Positions 29,070 through 38,572 of a stretch of 64,000 nt of DNA are shown here, piece by piece (within the stretch, counting starts at the first letter, position 1; each line of letters starts with the position of its first letter). Below the pieces are notes generated by a model. That model searched no databases and had not been told where the DNA came from. It saw only the letters and a program-made list of their open reading frames with translations. The position numbers were made by a program, and so were the translations under genes. This DNA is from Candidatus Poribacteria bacterium (GTDB lineage: Bacteria; Poribacteria; WGA-4E; WGA-3G): positions 2,080,001 through 2,144,000 of the forward strand of contig OZ242029.1 in assembly GCA_965205015.1 (NCBI GenBank), in the 5' to 3' direction.

Positions 29070-30437
29070 CTAAAGCGGCACTGCCTTAGACGTATCACCG
29101 ATGCGTCGCATGGTAATGTCCTGTTCGACGGTTGGGTCAGGCAGTCCAGTTTCGGCGAGTCGGCGTTGCAGAAAAGCCGCCATATCCGCTTTCAAACGCG
29201 CAACGACATCATCCGCCTCTTCAGCCAGATTATAAACTTCATCAGGATCCTCTTCAAGATCGTAGAGTTCCAGATCCGGTGTCCCGTAAACGGCAGACGT
29301 GCCACCGGTTTCAACAATCAATTTCCACTTCTGGGTTTGCCACCCCCGCTTTTTCATCCACCCGCACTCTGTAAGATAGACCGACGCCGTCGTCCCATCG
29401 TTCGAGTTATTTTCCATCAAGGCGCGTAGGCTGGTACCTTCCATCTTCTCACGCGATGCCACAGCCGTCAACCCCGCATAATCAAGGAGGGTCGGGGCAA
29501 TGTCGGTAAGACGGACAAGACCGCCAAGCCGTTGGCCTTTAGGAAGAAGTGTCGGGCAGTGAACGATTAATGGCACGTGGCAATTCGTCTCATAGAGTCC
29601 ATGATGATCATACCAGAGTTCATGTTCATCGAGTTCCTCACCGTGATCTGCGGTAATCATCAGGAGCGTCTCCTCGAGTTGCCCGCAATCGTCCAAATAT
29701 CGGAACAATTGCGCCAGGCATGCATCCATATAAGCGATTGAGGCATCGTATTGCGCGTTCACGTACCGCCTGTCCGTCCAGAGCCGTTTCTTCGCGATGT
29801 TGTCCGGATCCGATGCGTCTGGCGTGCACATCCATTGCCGAAAATAGTCCGTAAAAGGTTCGCATGCGTAGACGGCATCCATGCTTCGATTGTTCGGGTC
29901 ACATTCGTCCCCGCTATAAAACATCCGTTCAAACGGCAACGGTGGAAGATACGGCGTGTGCGGATCCCAATAGTGAAGGAAAGCGAACCAAGGTTTATCC
30001 TGTGCCTGCGCCAGGTCTAAAAGTTCAATCGCCGTTTCGTTAACCGCCTCCGCCTTCCGAGCATTGCGGTAACCCGTTTCCCATTGGTAGCCGCGATACT
30101 GCGCTTCAGGAAAACCACGCTGAAACCAGCGTCCCAAGTTGTCCGCAGCAACCGTGAAGTAACCCGCTTCACGCAGCAGCTCAGGAGCCGTCTTCGTGTC
30201 CGTTGCCAAGTTGAGCGTCCCGCCCTGTGTAATGATTTGGTGGGACAAGACATCCTTACCCGTGAACATCGTCGTATGGGCAGGATGTGTCGGAATATGC
30301 GGGCTGATACACTTCTCAAAAAGCGTCGCCTTCTCTGCGAGAGCATCGAGGTGTGGCGTCGTCAGGTTGCGATGCCCGTAACAACTCATGCTCGATGCCC
30401 GTAGCGTATCTAACGAGATGAGGATGATATTACGCAA
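29070..30437 (-). CDS. Sulfatase/alkaline-phosphatase superfamily hydrolase
   Basis: TTG start after AAGGAG; SLDTLRA, PTHPAH, DPH, TADHGE, ELYDL..DP.E. Confidence 0.85.
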   Translation of the reverse strand: MRNIILISLDTLRASSMSCYGHRNLTTPHLDALAEKATLFEKCISPHIPTHPAHTTMFTGKDVLSHQIITQGGTLNLATDTKTAPELLREAGYFTVAADNLGRWFQRGFPEAQYRGYQWETGYRNARKAEAVNETAIELLDLAQAQDKPWFAFLHYWDPHTPYLPPLPFERMFYSGDECDPNNRSMDAVYACEPFTDYFRQWMCTPDASDPDNIAKKRLWTDRRYVNAQYDASIAYMDACLAQLFRYLDDCGQLEETLLMITADHGEELDEHELWYDHHGLYETNCHVPLIVHCPTLLPKGQRLGGLVRLTDIAPTLLDYAGLTAVASREKMEGTSLRALMENNSNDGTTASVYLTECGWMKKRGWQTQKWKLIVETGGTSAVYGTPDLELYDLEEDPDEVYNLAEEADDVVARLKADMAAFLQRRLAETGLPDPTVEQDITMRRIGDTSKAVPL

Positions 30438-30459
30438 AAATTCGGCTCCTTTCCCAAAA

Positions 30460-31605
30460 CTAATCCCCTGCCGCAACATCTGCTGAGGACACTTGTGCCG
30501 CACGGATCGCCTCACAGAGATAAGTGATCCCCTCAGGGATGTCATCCACATGGCAGTAAGCGTACGCCAATCGGATCGCCTTTACAGGTGCACTCGCGTA
30601 GTGGAAAGCACTTCCGTTACTATATCCGACCCCTTTTGCCGAGGCGAGTTCCTGTAACTTGTTGAGATCCGTGGTCTCCGGCAGATCTATCCACAGGAAA
30701 AGTCCACCACGGGGGCGCGTCCATGTACAGAGATCGCTGACGTGCTGCTCAAGCGTCTCCACCACTGCGCGACATTTCGCACCCACCGCCGCATTCGTTT
30801 TCACGAGGTGCGCTTCCAAGTGTTCCATAAAGAATTCAGCAACGATGGCACTCGCCAACGCACTCGTCCCACCGTCCCAGCGGTTCTGGTGAATTTGTCC
30901 CCAATAAGGCTCCCTCGCCACAAAATATCCTTGACGAACACCTGCCCCTAAAATCTTGGAGAAAGTCGCAATGAAGATCACCCGATTCGAGGTATCCAAC
31001 TTAAAGAGTGAAGCCGGTGTGGGTGTCGATGTAAAGTCAATGTCGCCGTAGCAATCATCTTCAACGATGCGTGTATCGTACTCTTCCGCTAAGGCTAACA
31101 TCCGATGACGACGCTCCAGTGAGAGAATCGCACCTGTCGGATTCTGGTGGTTGGATGTCGTATAGATGAACGATGGACGGATATTCTGGCGTTTGAGTTC
31201 CGCAAGTTTTGCCGCCAGTGCATCCATATTCATGCCATCGATATAGTCCATCGGCACACCGACGATATTCGCCTTGAAGTGCCGCATGATCCCCAAAGTG
31301 CCGCTGTAGGTATATTCTTCTGTCAGTACCGTATCGCCGGGATTAATCAACGTCCCCAGGACCAATTCCAGTGCCTGCATGGAGCCTGAGGTAATTGAGA
31401 TGTTATCTATCGGCAGCGGGACACCTTCACGTCTCTCAAATCGCATGGATGCCAGTTCCCGCAATCCCTGGTAGCCTGATTCACCCGGGTAGTTGACCAG
31501 ATCGCCGCCCAACTTACGGAGCGCCTTTTCACTCGCAGCAATTAACCCTTCCGTCGGGAATGTGTACGGATCCGGACGCCCACCTGTAAAACCAAAGTCT
31601 TTCAT
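30460..31605 (-). CDS. PLP-dependent aminotransferase class I/II
   Basis: HQNPTG, EDDCY, TFSKILGAGVR. Confidence 0.88.
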   Translation of the reverse strand: MKDFGFTGGRPDPYTFPTEGLIAASEKALRKLGGDLVNYPGESGYQGLRELASMRFERREGVPLPIDNISITSGSMQALELVLGTLINPGDTVLTEEYTYSGTLGIMRHFKANIVGVPMDYIDGMNMDALAAKLAELKRQNIRPSFIYTTSNHQNPTGAILSLERRHRMLALAEEYDTRIVEDDCYGDIDFTSTPTPASLFKLDTSNRVIFIATFSKILGAGVRQGYFVAREPYWGQIHQNRWDGGTSALASAIVAEFFMEHLEAHLVKTNAAVGAKCRAVVETLEQHVSDLCTWTRPRGGLFLWIDLPETTDLNKLQELASAKGVGYSNGSAFHYASAPVKAIRLAYAYCHVDDIPEGITYLCEAIRAAQVSSADVAAGD

Positions 31606-31800
31606 GATATACTCCTTCTTCGCAGATTCCACATAAATGCATTATAACAGACTCGCTGAAAAAAGGCAACACCGAAAAACATACTGAATTTCGTTTTTCG
31701 TTGCTACAGGAAAGCCTATATGCTATAATGGGTAGACACCACGTGACAATAATAATTGCAAAGTTTGGTGAGAGATAAAACATGCGGGTTGGAGGTGCCC

Positions 31801-32223
31801 TTGAAAGCATTTCTGCGCAAACATCGAGAATTTTGGAAAACAGGAAAAACGAACTTTGCCCTTACCATAGGTTTGATACTCGGGAGCCTCTTTTTAGGCT
31901 ATGCCGTCTATCAAGAAATGAATGCCGGATGGAAAGGGTATAAATCGTTACGTATTGTACTAACGGACACATCAGTATTTATCCCTGTTGGTGGATTAAT
32001 TGCTGGTATTTTAACGATCATAGGAGATTTAATAATGTTATGGTCAGACCGATCGGAGAAACGGATTCAAGAAGCCGCTGCGGAAGCCGCTGCGAAAGCC
32101 AAAGCCGAAGGTATTAAAGAAGGCAAAGCGGAACTCGCGCAAAAGGTGCTCGCTTGGAACCTCCGCAGAATGGAAGCGGAAAGGAAGGGCGACCCTTTTT
32201 ACGAACCCCCGCCAACCGAGTAG
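31801..32223 (+). CDS. Hypothetical 2-TM + EG-repeat protein
   Basis: GGAGG + TTG start; longest member of the 9035/14662 family; ends EPPP like 9035. Confidence 0.65.
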   Translation: MKAFLRKHREFWKTGKTNFALTIGLILGSLFLGYAVYQEMNAGWKGYKSLRIVLTDTSVFIPVGGLIAGILTIIGDLIMLWSDRSEKRIQEAAAEAAAKAKAEGIKEGKAELAQKVLAWNLRRMEAERKGDPFYEPPPTE

Positions 32224-32247
32224 TACACAACCCGAAGAATAACGAAA

Positions 32248-32727
32248 ATGGTGACCGAGAATCCATTCCCAAATCTCACCTTTGAACCGATGCGCTCGTG
32301 CCATCTTCAGGACGTACTAAAAATCGAAAACGAGTGCTTTGAGGATCCTTGGAGCGAAACCTACTACACATTGTCGCTGAAGCGACCCCGGTCGTATGAA
32401 CACTTTTACGTGGCTCGACGCGAGGACACCATCGTCGGTTACATTGTGTTCAGTATTCTCCATGAAGAGGCACACATCCTGAATCTCGCGGTACCGGTTG
32501 CCTATCGGCGACAAGGCATCGCCAAATACCTGCTCGCCTCAGCCTTAAAAATGATACACACACAGGACGGCCGCCAGGTTTTCTTGGAGGTCGCCGTCAG
32601 CAATCTACCTGCGCAGTATCTCTACCGGCAGTTCGGGTTCCGCATCTGTGGCATCCGAAAAAACTACTACGGACGCTCTAAAGACGCTTACGTTTTCCGA
32701 AAAGGAGAAGAAACGCATGCTGTTTAA
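32248..32727 (+). CDS. rimI: Ribosomal-protein-alanine N-acetyltransferase
   Basis: F.DPWS, HILNLAV, RRQGIA, FLEV..SN, RKNYY. Confidence 0.88.
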   Translation: MVTENPFPNLTFEPMRSCHLQDVLKIENECFEDPWSETYYTLSLKRPRSYEHFYVARREDTIVGYIVFSILHEEAHILNLAVPVAYRRQGIAKYLLASALKMIHTQDGRQVFLEVAVSNLPAQYLYRQFGFRICGIRKNYYGRSKDAYVFRKGEETHAV

Positions 32728-33496
32728 TTTATTGAGCCAGACCTTTTCAGCAACGACGAACCTGTCGCTCTCAACCCGCCGACAGGAAGCACGGACAGTC
32801 GGCAGAAACGGTTGGCGGGTCATTGAAGAAGAGGTCAACTGGAACACCTCCGAAACCGCCATTGTTGTTGTTGATATGTGGAACGAACACTGGTCCTGGG
32901 GCGCAACAGAACGTGTGAACGTGATGGCACCCCGGATGAACATTGTACTCGGCCGGGCACGAGAGCACGGTATACAGATTATTCACGCCCCGTCCGACAC
33001 AATGGACTTCTACGAGGCACATCCGGCACGCCGTGCCATCTTAGAACTCCCCCACGCCGACACACCCTCCGAACGCGAAATGCCTGACCCGCCCCTACCC
33101 GTTGATGCTTCCGATGGGGGCTCAGATACCGGCGAAACTGATGGTTACAAAGCATGGCACCGTCAGCATCCAGCCATTGAAATCTCTGATATAGACGCCA
33201 TCAGTGACAACGGGCAGGAGGTTTACAACCTACTGAATCACAAAGGTATTCAGAACATTATCTTCATGGGTGTCCACACCAATATGTGCGTCCTCGGACG
33301 TTCCTTTGCAATTAAACAGATGGTGCGTTGGGGGGTCAATGCTGTTCTCGCACGGGACCTCACCGATGCGATGTACAACCCGTTCAAACCGCCTTACGTC
33401 AGTCATGAGGCGGGCACGCAATTAATCATTGAATATATTGAGAAATTCTGGTGTCCCACAATCTTGAGCGGCGACTTGACGACACCTAAGGTTTGA
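32717..33496 (+). CDS. Isochorismatase/cysteine hydrolase family protein
   Basis: TAIVVVDMW, GVHTNMCV; AAGGAG RBS. Confidence 0.8.
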   Translation: MLFNLLSQTFSATTNLSLSTRRQEARTVGRNGWRVIEEEVNWNTSETAIVVVDMWNEHWSWGATERVNVMAPRMNIVLGRAREHGIQIIHAPSDTMDFYEAHPARRAILELPHADTPSEREMPDPPLPVDASDGGSDTGETDGYKAWHRQHPAIEISDIDAISDNGQEVYNLLNHKGIQNIIFMGVHTNMCVLGRSFAIKQMVRWGVNAVLARDLTDAMYNPFKPPYVSHEAGTQLIIEYIEKFWCPTILSGDLTTPKV

Positions 33497-33512
33497 TGTT
33501 TCCGCATACAAA

Positions 33513-33547
33513 AAATGCCCACGGTAACGAGAAGACCGCGGGCATTT
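33513..33547. terminator. Bidirectional hairpin between convergent genes
   Basis: AAATGCCCACGGT...ACCGCGGGCATTT. Confidence 0.55.
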
Positions 33548-33563
33548 AATTTCGATGTGTTCC

Positions 33564-34211
33564 TTATTGACGGTTGTCTTTCAGCGCACCCCACGTTGTC
33601 GTGAGTTTCGCCTTCGGATCTACAGCAGTACTCACAGCCGGCACGACCTCTAAAGCACTGAACATCGCATTCAGATCGCCTGCACCCGTCTCCGCGTTTC
33701 CTGCAAAGTGGAGATCAAGCGTGCCGTCGCTGACTTCAATCCCGGCATACGTTTTAATGTCAATCTCGTCTTTGCCCGGTGTCACGTAAAGCGGCTCAAC
33801 GTTCTCCTCTTCGATGAAAATATCATAACCGCGGTTGTTCGGAGACCAGTGCTCCCCGACGAGATAGGTAACATCAAAAGTGCCATCACCCGTTTTAAAC
33901 TGATACTTAACAGTATCAGGGAATCTTGCCCAACTGACGGCGTAGAAGAGTTCCACATCATAACCAGCATCTTCTGCTTGGGCTTGTGCATCCGCTGTCA
34001 AGGTTGCGACTTCAGCGACACGGGGCTCCAGTTCAGTCCAACCGCCCCATGCTTGGTCCGTCTGCTGCGCGCCATTCCAAACACGTCCCTGTGAATCCGT
34101 AAAGTCATCTGATTTGCCACCCCTCACCCGAAATTCTTCAGCCGGTAGCGACACCGGAACGGCGAGAATTCCCAGAAAAACGGCAACCATCAAAACACTC
34201 AAGAATCTCAT
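33564..34211 (-). CDS. Secreted malectin-like protein with AVDPxxKLxTTWGxLK tail (Lys-poor paralog)
   Basis: Signal peptide; GG...FTDSQGRVW, R.YDIFIE, V.DG.LDL.F, SALEV. Confidence 0.7.
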   Translation of the reverse strand: MRFLSVLMVAVFLGILAVPVSLPAEEFRVRGGKSDDFTDSQGRVWNGAQQTDQAWGGWTELEPRVAEVATLTADAQAQAEDAGYDVELFYAVSWARFPDTVKYQFKTGDGTFDVTYLVGEHWSPNNRGYDIFIEEENVEPLYVTPGKDEIDIKTYAGIEVSDGTLDLHFAGNAETGAGDLNAMFSALEVVPAVSTAVDPKAKLTTTWGALKDNRQ

Positions 34212-34232
34212 CAAAATGCCTCCATCTCTTCG

Positions 34233-34880
34233 TTAATTTCGCTCCCCTTTCAGAGCCCCCCATGTCGTAGCGAGCTTCTGTTTCGGGTCAACGGCTAATA
34301 CAGGGGTGACCTCTATTGCACTGAACATAGCGTTCAGGTCGCCCTTGCCAGTTTTCTGATTGCCAGCAAACTCAAGGCTCATCACTTTATCTTTCACCTC
34401 AATGCCCTCATATCGCTTAATATCTATCTCATCCTTACCGGGGGTGACATAGAGGGGCTCGACGATCTCTTCTTCAATGATAATGTCAAAGCCACGGTTA
34501 TTAGGCGACCAGTGTTCACCCACAAGATAGGTGACATTAAAAGTGCCTTTACCGGTATTCAGATCGACCTTGACGACATCAGGGAACTTTGCCCAGCTCA
34601 CAGCATAGAAGAGTTCTTCATCGTATCCTTCTTTCTTTGCCAGTTTTTGGGCATCTTTCGTAAGGTTTCGGACTTCAGCGATACGAGGCTGTAGATCGAT
34701 CCATCCGCCCCACTTCTCTTTCTCGTTTTGTCCACCGTGCCAGATACGGCCATCGGAATCTTTAAAATCCTCCACTTTGCCGCCCCATACCCGAATCTCT
34801 TCGGCTGAACTCGCATCGTGGACAATCGTTACCGCAACATATACGGTAAGCAAAACAACGAAAAATAAAATCCGTCGCAT
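34233..34880 (-). CDS. Secreted malectin-like protein with the same tail (Lys-rich paralog)
   Basis: Colinear paralog of 33564; GGAGG RBS. Confidence 0.7.
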   Translation of the reverse strand: MRRILFFVVLLTVYVAVTIVHDASSAEEIRVWGGKVEDFKDSDGRIWHGGQNEKEKWGGWIDLQPRIAEVRNLTKDAQKLAKKEGYDEELFYAVSWAKFPDVVKVDLNTGKGTFNVTYLVGEHWSPNNRGFDIIIEEEIVEPLYVTPGKDEIDIKRYEGIEVKDKVMSLEFAGNQKTGKGDLNAMFSAIEVTPVLAVDPKQKLATTWGALKGERN

Positions 34881-34900
34881 GTTTTCCTCCTGATTGTAAT

Positions 34901-34996
34901 TATGGTAAATTCTATAATTACTTAGACATCAGATGACGGACAGGTACAAGACCGGTTTCCCTACAAGATGTCTATTTGTTTTTTGAATTCACCCTA
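34901..34996. mobile_element. ~96-bp MITE-like element containing a GTAG-REP
   Basis: Reverse complement is homologous to the 38266-38535 unit; TATGGT.../...ACCCTA ends. Confidence 0.55.
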
Positions 34997-35144
34997 AAAT
35001 AAGAAATGAACCTACATTAAAATTAAGAATAACACATCCGCGTCACAATTGCAAGGTTTTCATCTCACTTCACACTACCTTCCCGCTGGCGAGGTTTGTA
35101 ACCTCGCCACTGACTGCCGACTGCCCATTACTGATGGCTCGATA

Positions 35145-36752
35145 TCACTCCGAGGGCTCAACCACAACAATCCGCTGGTTCGCTCGCACATCGGTCAACG
35201 TTTGCACAATGCCACTCGGCCACTGAATAACAATTTGATCGACGTTTTCGTGATGCCCAAGTCCAAACTCGACATCAATACTGCTCTGAGAAAGATAACT
35301 GTCCCCAGCTGTCACCTGCCGAATCTGATGAAGGTCGCCAGCACGCACCTTCACAAGTGCCCCAACACCGTCCCGATTGCTCACGGTGCCGACCGTGTGA
35401 ATCTGAAGCCACTGCTGTTGGTTCCCACCGTCGTTTCGGAGCAACATCGGCTTCCCACCACTATTGACGATAAATACGTCTAAATCCCCATCGGCATCGT
35501 AGTCCGCAACGGCGACCCCTCTACCAACCCCGTATGAATTAAATTCCCGAAGTCCGACAGCGTCAGAAATATCAGTGAAGGTGCCGTCCCCAGTGTTCTG
35601 GAGAAAAACATCCGCTTGGCCATGAGCTTCCCACGAAGCCGGATCGATATGCCCCGCCGAAAAGAAGAGGTCCAGGTCCCCATCGTTATCCGCATCGAAC
35701 AACACAGTCCCCCAACATGTTTTACCGAGTCCCGACTCAAAAACACCACTCTTTGCCGAAACATCCATAAAGGTGCCGTCCCCGTTATTTCTGTAGAGGA
35801 CATTGTTTTCATCTAACCAGTTCGTAACAAAGAGATCCAAATCGCCATCGGCATCGTAATCGCCCCAACTGATGCCCATACCACTCCGTATATCACCCGT
35901 GCGGCTCCTCGCATCTGGACGGTTCGTATTCGTGAATGTTAACTCGCCGTCATTGCGATAGAGGATATTCTGGTCGGTATCATTGGCAAGATACAGATCC
36001 AGATCGCCATCAGCATCGTAATCCGCCGCGGCAACACCGAGTGTCAGGTGAAATCCACCATTCACCTTGGCAGCATCCGTAATGTTGATGAAACCGCCGT
36101 CTCCCTTATTTAGATAGAGAACGTTCGCCTGTCCGAAGAAATCATACGGGAAAAAGACTTCATCCCCTTGCGGAACTTTGGTATATTCAATATAGTTGCC
36201 GACGTACAGGTCGAGATAACCATCATGATCGTAATCACCCCAAGCGATCCCCGCCCCGAAACCATCGTGACCGATACCACCGGCTCCGGACGAAAAGCGT
36301 TTGAAAGTTCCATCGCCGTTGTTCCGATAGAACAGGTTTGCCTTATAGTTCGTGACGTAGAGATCGGCATCACCATCGTTGTCATAATCTGCGAAGGCAC
36401 ACCCCATTCCCCAACCGGTATCGCCGACGCCAGCCGTATCCGTTACATCGCTGAAAGTGCCATCACCGTTGTTCCGATAGAGCGCGTTTTTCGGGAACAC
36501 CGCGTCCGATGCCGGGCGTACCAAAGCACTGTTGGCAATGTAAAGATCTAACTTCCCATCGTCGTCGTAGTCGCACCACGCCGCACCCGAACCGACGAGT
36601 GCAGGCACTACACGCAAGTCTATACCACCGGCGTGCTCGAAATGAATGCCCGCTTGTTCAGTGACATCCACAAATCGAATATCAGATGCATAACTGCTGA
36701 AAATAAACGTAAGACTCAAGACTGCAATAACGTCTCGCAACCGATTGTACAT
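35145..36752 (-). CDS. CRTAC1-like FG-GAP repeat / ASPIC-UnbV protein
   Basis: Repeated DYDxDGDLDLY and LYRNNGDGTF; NRDGVGA.V, SYLSQ, FGLG, WPSG. Confidence 0.9.
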   Translation of the reverse strand: MYNRLRDVIAVLSLTFIFSSYASDIRFVDVTEQAGIHFEHAGGIDLRVVPALVGSGAAWCDYDDDGKLDLYIANSALVRPASDAVFPKNALYRNNGDGTFSDVTDTAGVGDTGWGMGCAFADYDNDGDADLYVTNYKANLFYRNNGDGTFKRFSSGAGGIGHDGFGAGIAWGDYDHDGYLDLYVGNYIEYTKVPQGDEVFFPYDFFGQANVLYLNKGDGGFINITDAAKVNGGFHLTLGVAAADYDADGDLDLYLANDTDQNILYRNDGELTFTNTNRPDARSRTGDIRSGMGISWGDYDADGDLDLFVTNWLDENNVLYRNNGDGTFMDVSAKSGVFESGLGKTCWGTVLFDADNDGDLDLFFSAGHIDPASWEAHGQADVFLQNTGDGTFTDISDAVGLREFNSYGVGRGVAVADYDADGDLDVFIVNSGGKPMLLRNDGGNQQQWLQIHTVGTVSNRDGVGALVKVRAGDLHQIRQVTAGDSYLSQSSIDVEFGLGHHENVDQIVIQWPSGIVQTLTDVRANQRIVVVEPSE

Positions 36753-36902
36753 TCAAATGCCTCTCAGACCTAACTCGCACTGTATTGACATTATACACGA
36801 AACCGGGGGGCAGGTGTATCTTTATTTCTTCTCCACTCCCTGCTAGCGAGGTTTCCTAACCTCACCAGCCTAATCACTGACAACTCACAACTGAGATTTT
36901 AG

Positions 36903-36931
36903 TTGCAATTATACTAAAAATGTGTTAAAAT
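36903..36931 (+). promoter_or_regulatory. sigma70 promoter for the HNH-rnpA operon
   Basis: TTGCAA-17bp-TAAAAT with TGn extension. Confidence 0.6.
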
Positions 36932-36977
36932 TCATAAGAGTTAATGTGGTTAAAACCAATTGTCTAAGTTAGAGGGC

Positions 36978-37496
36978 ATGCCAGTGGAAATATCTGTCTT
37001 AGTACTTAACGCCAGCTACGAAGCAATCAACGTTTGTAACCTCAGGCGCGCTATGAAAATGGTTTTTAAAGGCACAGCACAGACTGAAGAAGTCTCTGAT
37101 ATTGAGATTCATTCACCCAGTGCCGCGATGAAAGTCCCACATGTAATTCGATTAGTAAATTACGTCCACGTCCCGCGCAGCGTCGTCAAGTTTTCACGGA
37201 GGAATGTTCTCGTCCGGGACCAGTATACATGCCAATACTGTCATAGCGAGTTCCCAGCAGCACACCTCACGATGGACCATGTGATACCCCTCTCTCGCGG
37301 CGGGGAAACAACCTGGGAGAACGTCGTGACAGCCTGCAAAAAATGTAATAACAAAAAGGGCAGTAAAATGCTCTATGAAACACGATTCAAACTGCAACGT
37401 CAGCCGAAAACGCCCTCAATTTTAACCTATTTGCAGCTCAATCGTCATTTTCGAGGGTGTCACCCGTCGTGGAGAAAATATCTGTATATCAACTAA
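36978..37496 (+). CDS. HNH endonuclease (McrA-like)
   Basis: VLVLNASY, RD.YTCQYC, TMDHVIPLSRGG, WENVVTAC..CN..K. Confidence 0.9.
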   Translation: MPVEISVLVLNASYEAINVCNLRRAMKMVFKGTAQTEEVSDIEIHSPSAAMKVPHVIRLVNYVHVPRSVVKFSRRNVLVRDQYTCQYCHSEFPAAHLTMDHVIPLSRGGETTWENVVTACKKCNNKKGSKMLYETRFKLQRQPKTPSILTYLQLNRHFRGCHPSWRKYLYIN

Positions 37497-37499
37497 ATC

Positions 37500-37853
37500 A
37501 TGCAAGATCCGAAAAAACTGAAAAAACGTTGGGAATTTCAGCGTGCTTATCAGAAGGGCAGTAAGTATTGGAATCGCTACTTTGTTATATACGTCTTCCA
37601 CACCCATTTCAATAACCTCCGATTGGGAATAACCGTCAGTAAAAAAGTCGGAAAAAGCGTTCAGCGGAATCGAGTCAAAAGACTCATTCGCGAAGCGTTT
37701 CGGCAGTTGCGCCCACAAATAAAAACTGAATACGACATCGTAGTCGTCGGAAGAACACCAGCCTGTCGACTCACGTGCCAAGAAGCAAAAGATGGATTGT
37801 GTCACCTCTTTCGGAAAGCATCTATTTTGAACACGCCAGATCGAAAGCGTTGA
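37500..37853 (+). CDS. rnpA: Ribonuclease P protein component
   Basis: RLGITVSKKVGKSVQRNRVKRLIRE. Confidence 0.95.
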   Translation: MQDPKKLKKRWEFQRAYQKGSKYWNRYFVIYVFHTHFNNLRLGITVSKKVGKSVQRNRVKRLIREAFRQLRPQIKTEYDIVVVGRTPACRLTCQEAKDGLCHLFRKASILNTPDRKR

Positions 37854-37944
37854 AAAACGGTTAGCGACTTACAGACAGTAATCAGGAAAAAAGGATTCAA
37901 GAACTCACGCAGGAAATAGAAAGGCTGAAACAGATTGTAAACCC

Positions 37945-38241
37945 ATGAGGGATAGAGGCGTGCCACATTGTAAGCACTGCGAAGAAGGTATAAACCAAAA
38001 TAGAAACCGATGGATACGCAATAAGTTGAGCGGAACCGTGATACTTCTACAAGCCATCCACTTTTATCGACGCTTTATTTCGCCGTGTTTGCCACCGTCC
38101 TGTCGATTTTATCCGACCTGCTCGCAATATGCCCTTGAAGCGTTAAAACGCTACGGTGCGCTCAAAGGGTGCTGGCTAACAATTAAACGACTTTCAAAAT
38201 GTCACCCTTACCATCCAGGAGGCTTTGACCCTCTAAAATAG
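37945..38241 (+). CDS. yidD: Membrane protein insertion efficiency factor
   Basis: [10 protein letters not shown]...[11 protein letters not shown]; start uncertain. Confidence 0.92.
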   Translation: MRDRGVPHCKHCEEGINQNRNRWIRNKLSGTVILLQAIHFYRRFISPCLPPSCRFYPTCSQYALEALKRYGALKGCWLTIKRLSKCHPYHPGGFDPLK

Positions 38242-38265
38242 CAGGACAAACTTCAATAATGAATA

Positions 38266-38535
38266 TATGGTGAACTATAAAAATACGTTTACGTCTTGTA
38301 GGGGCACCCCTTGTGAGTACCACAAACACGCTAATCACAATGTCTACAGTAATTCTAAAATCCACCTACGTTTACGTCTTGTAGGGGCACCCCTTGTGGG
38401 TGCCATAAACACGCTAATCACAATGTCTACAGTAATTCTAAAATCCACCTACGTTTACGTCTTGTAGGGGCACCCCTTGTGGGTGCCATAAACACGCTAA
38501 TCACAATGTCTACAGTAATTCTAAAATCCACCATA
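38266..38535. repeat. MITE-like element with 3 x 83-bp internal tandem amplification
   Basis: Units at 38284, 38367, 38450, each with GTAGGGGCACCCC; ends TATGGTGAA / TCCACCATA. Confidence 0.85.
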
Positions 38536-38572
38536 GTTAAAAGACACAAAAAATGAGGAGCATCTAATCTCG

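Noticed and set aside
30438-30551. N-terminal extension of the sulfatase ORF
   Set aside because: Overlaps the aminotransferase 3' end; AAGGAG + TTG at 30437 fits the family N-terminus
38267-38467. Short ORFs within the 83-bp repeat
   Set aside because: They derive from the repeat; no RBS or domain
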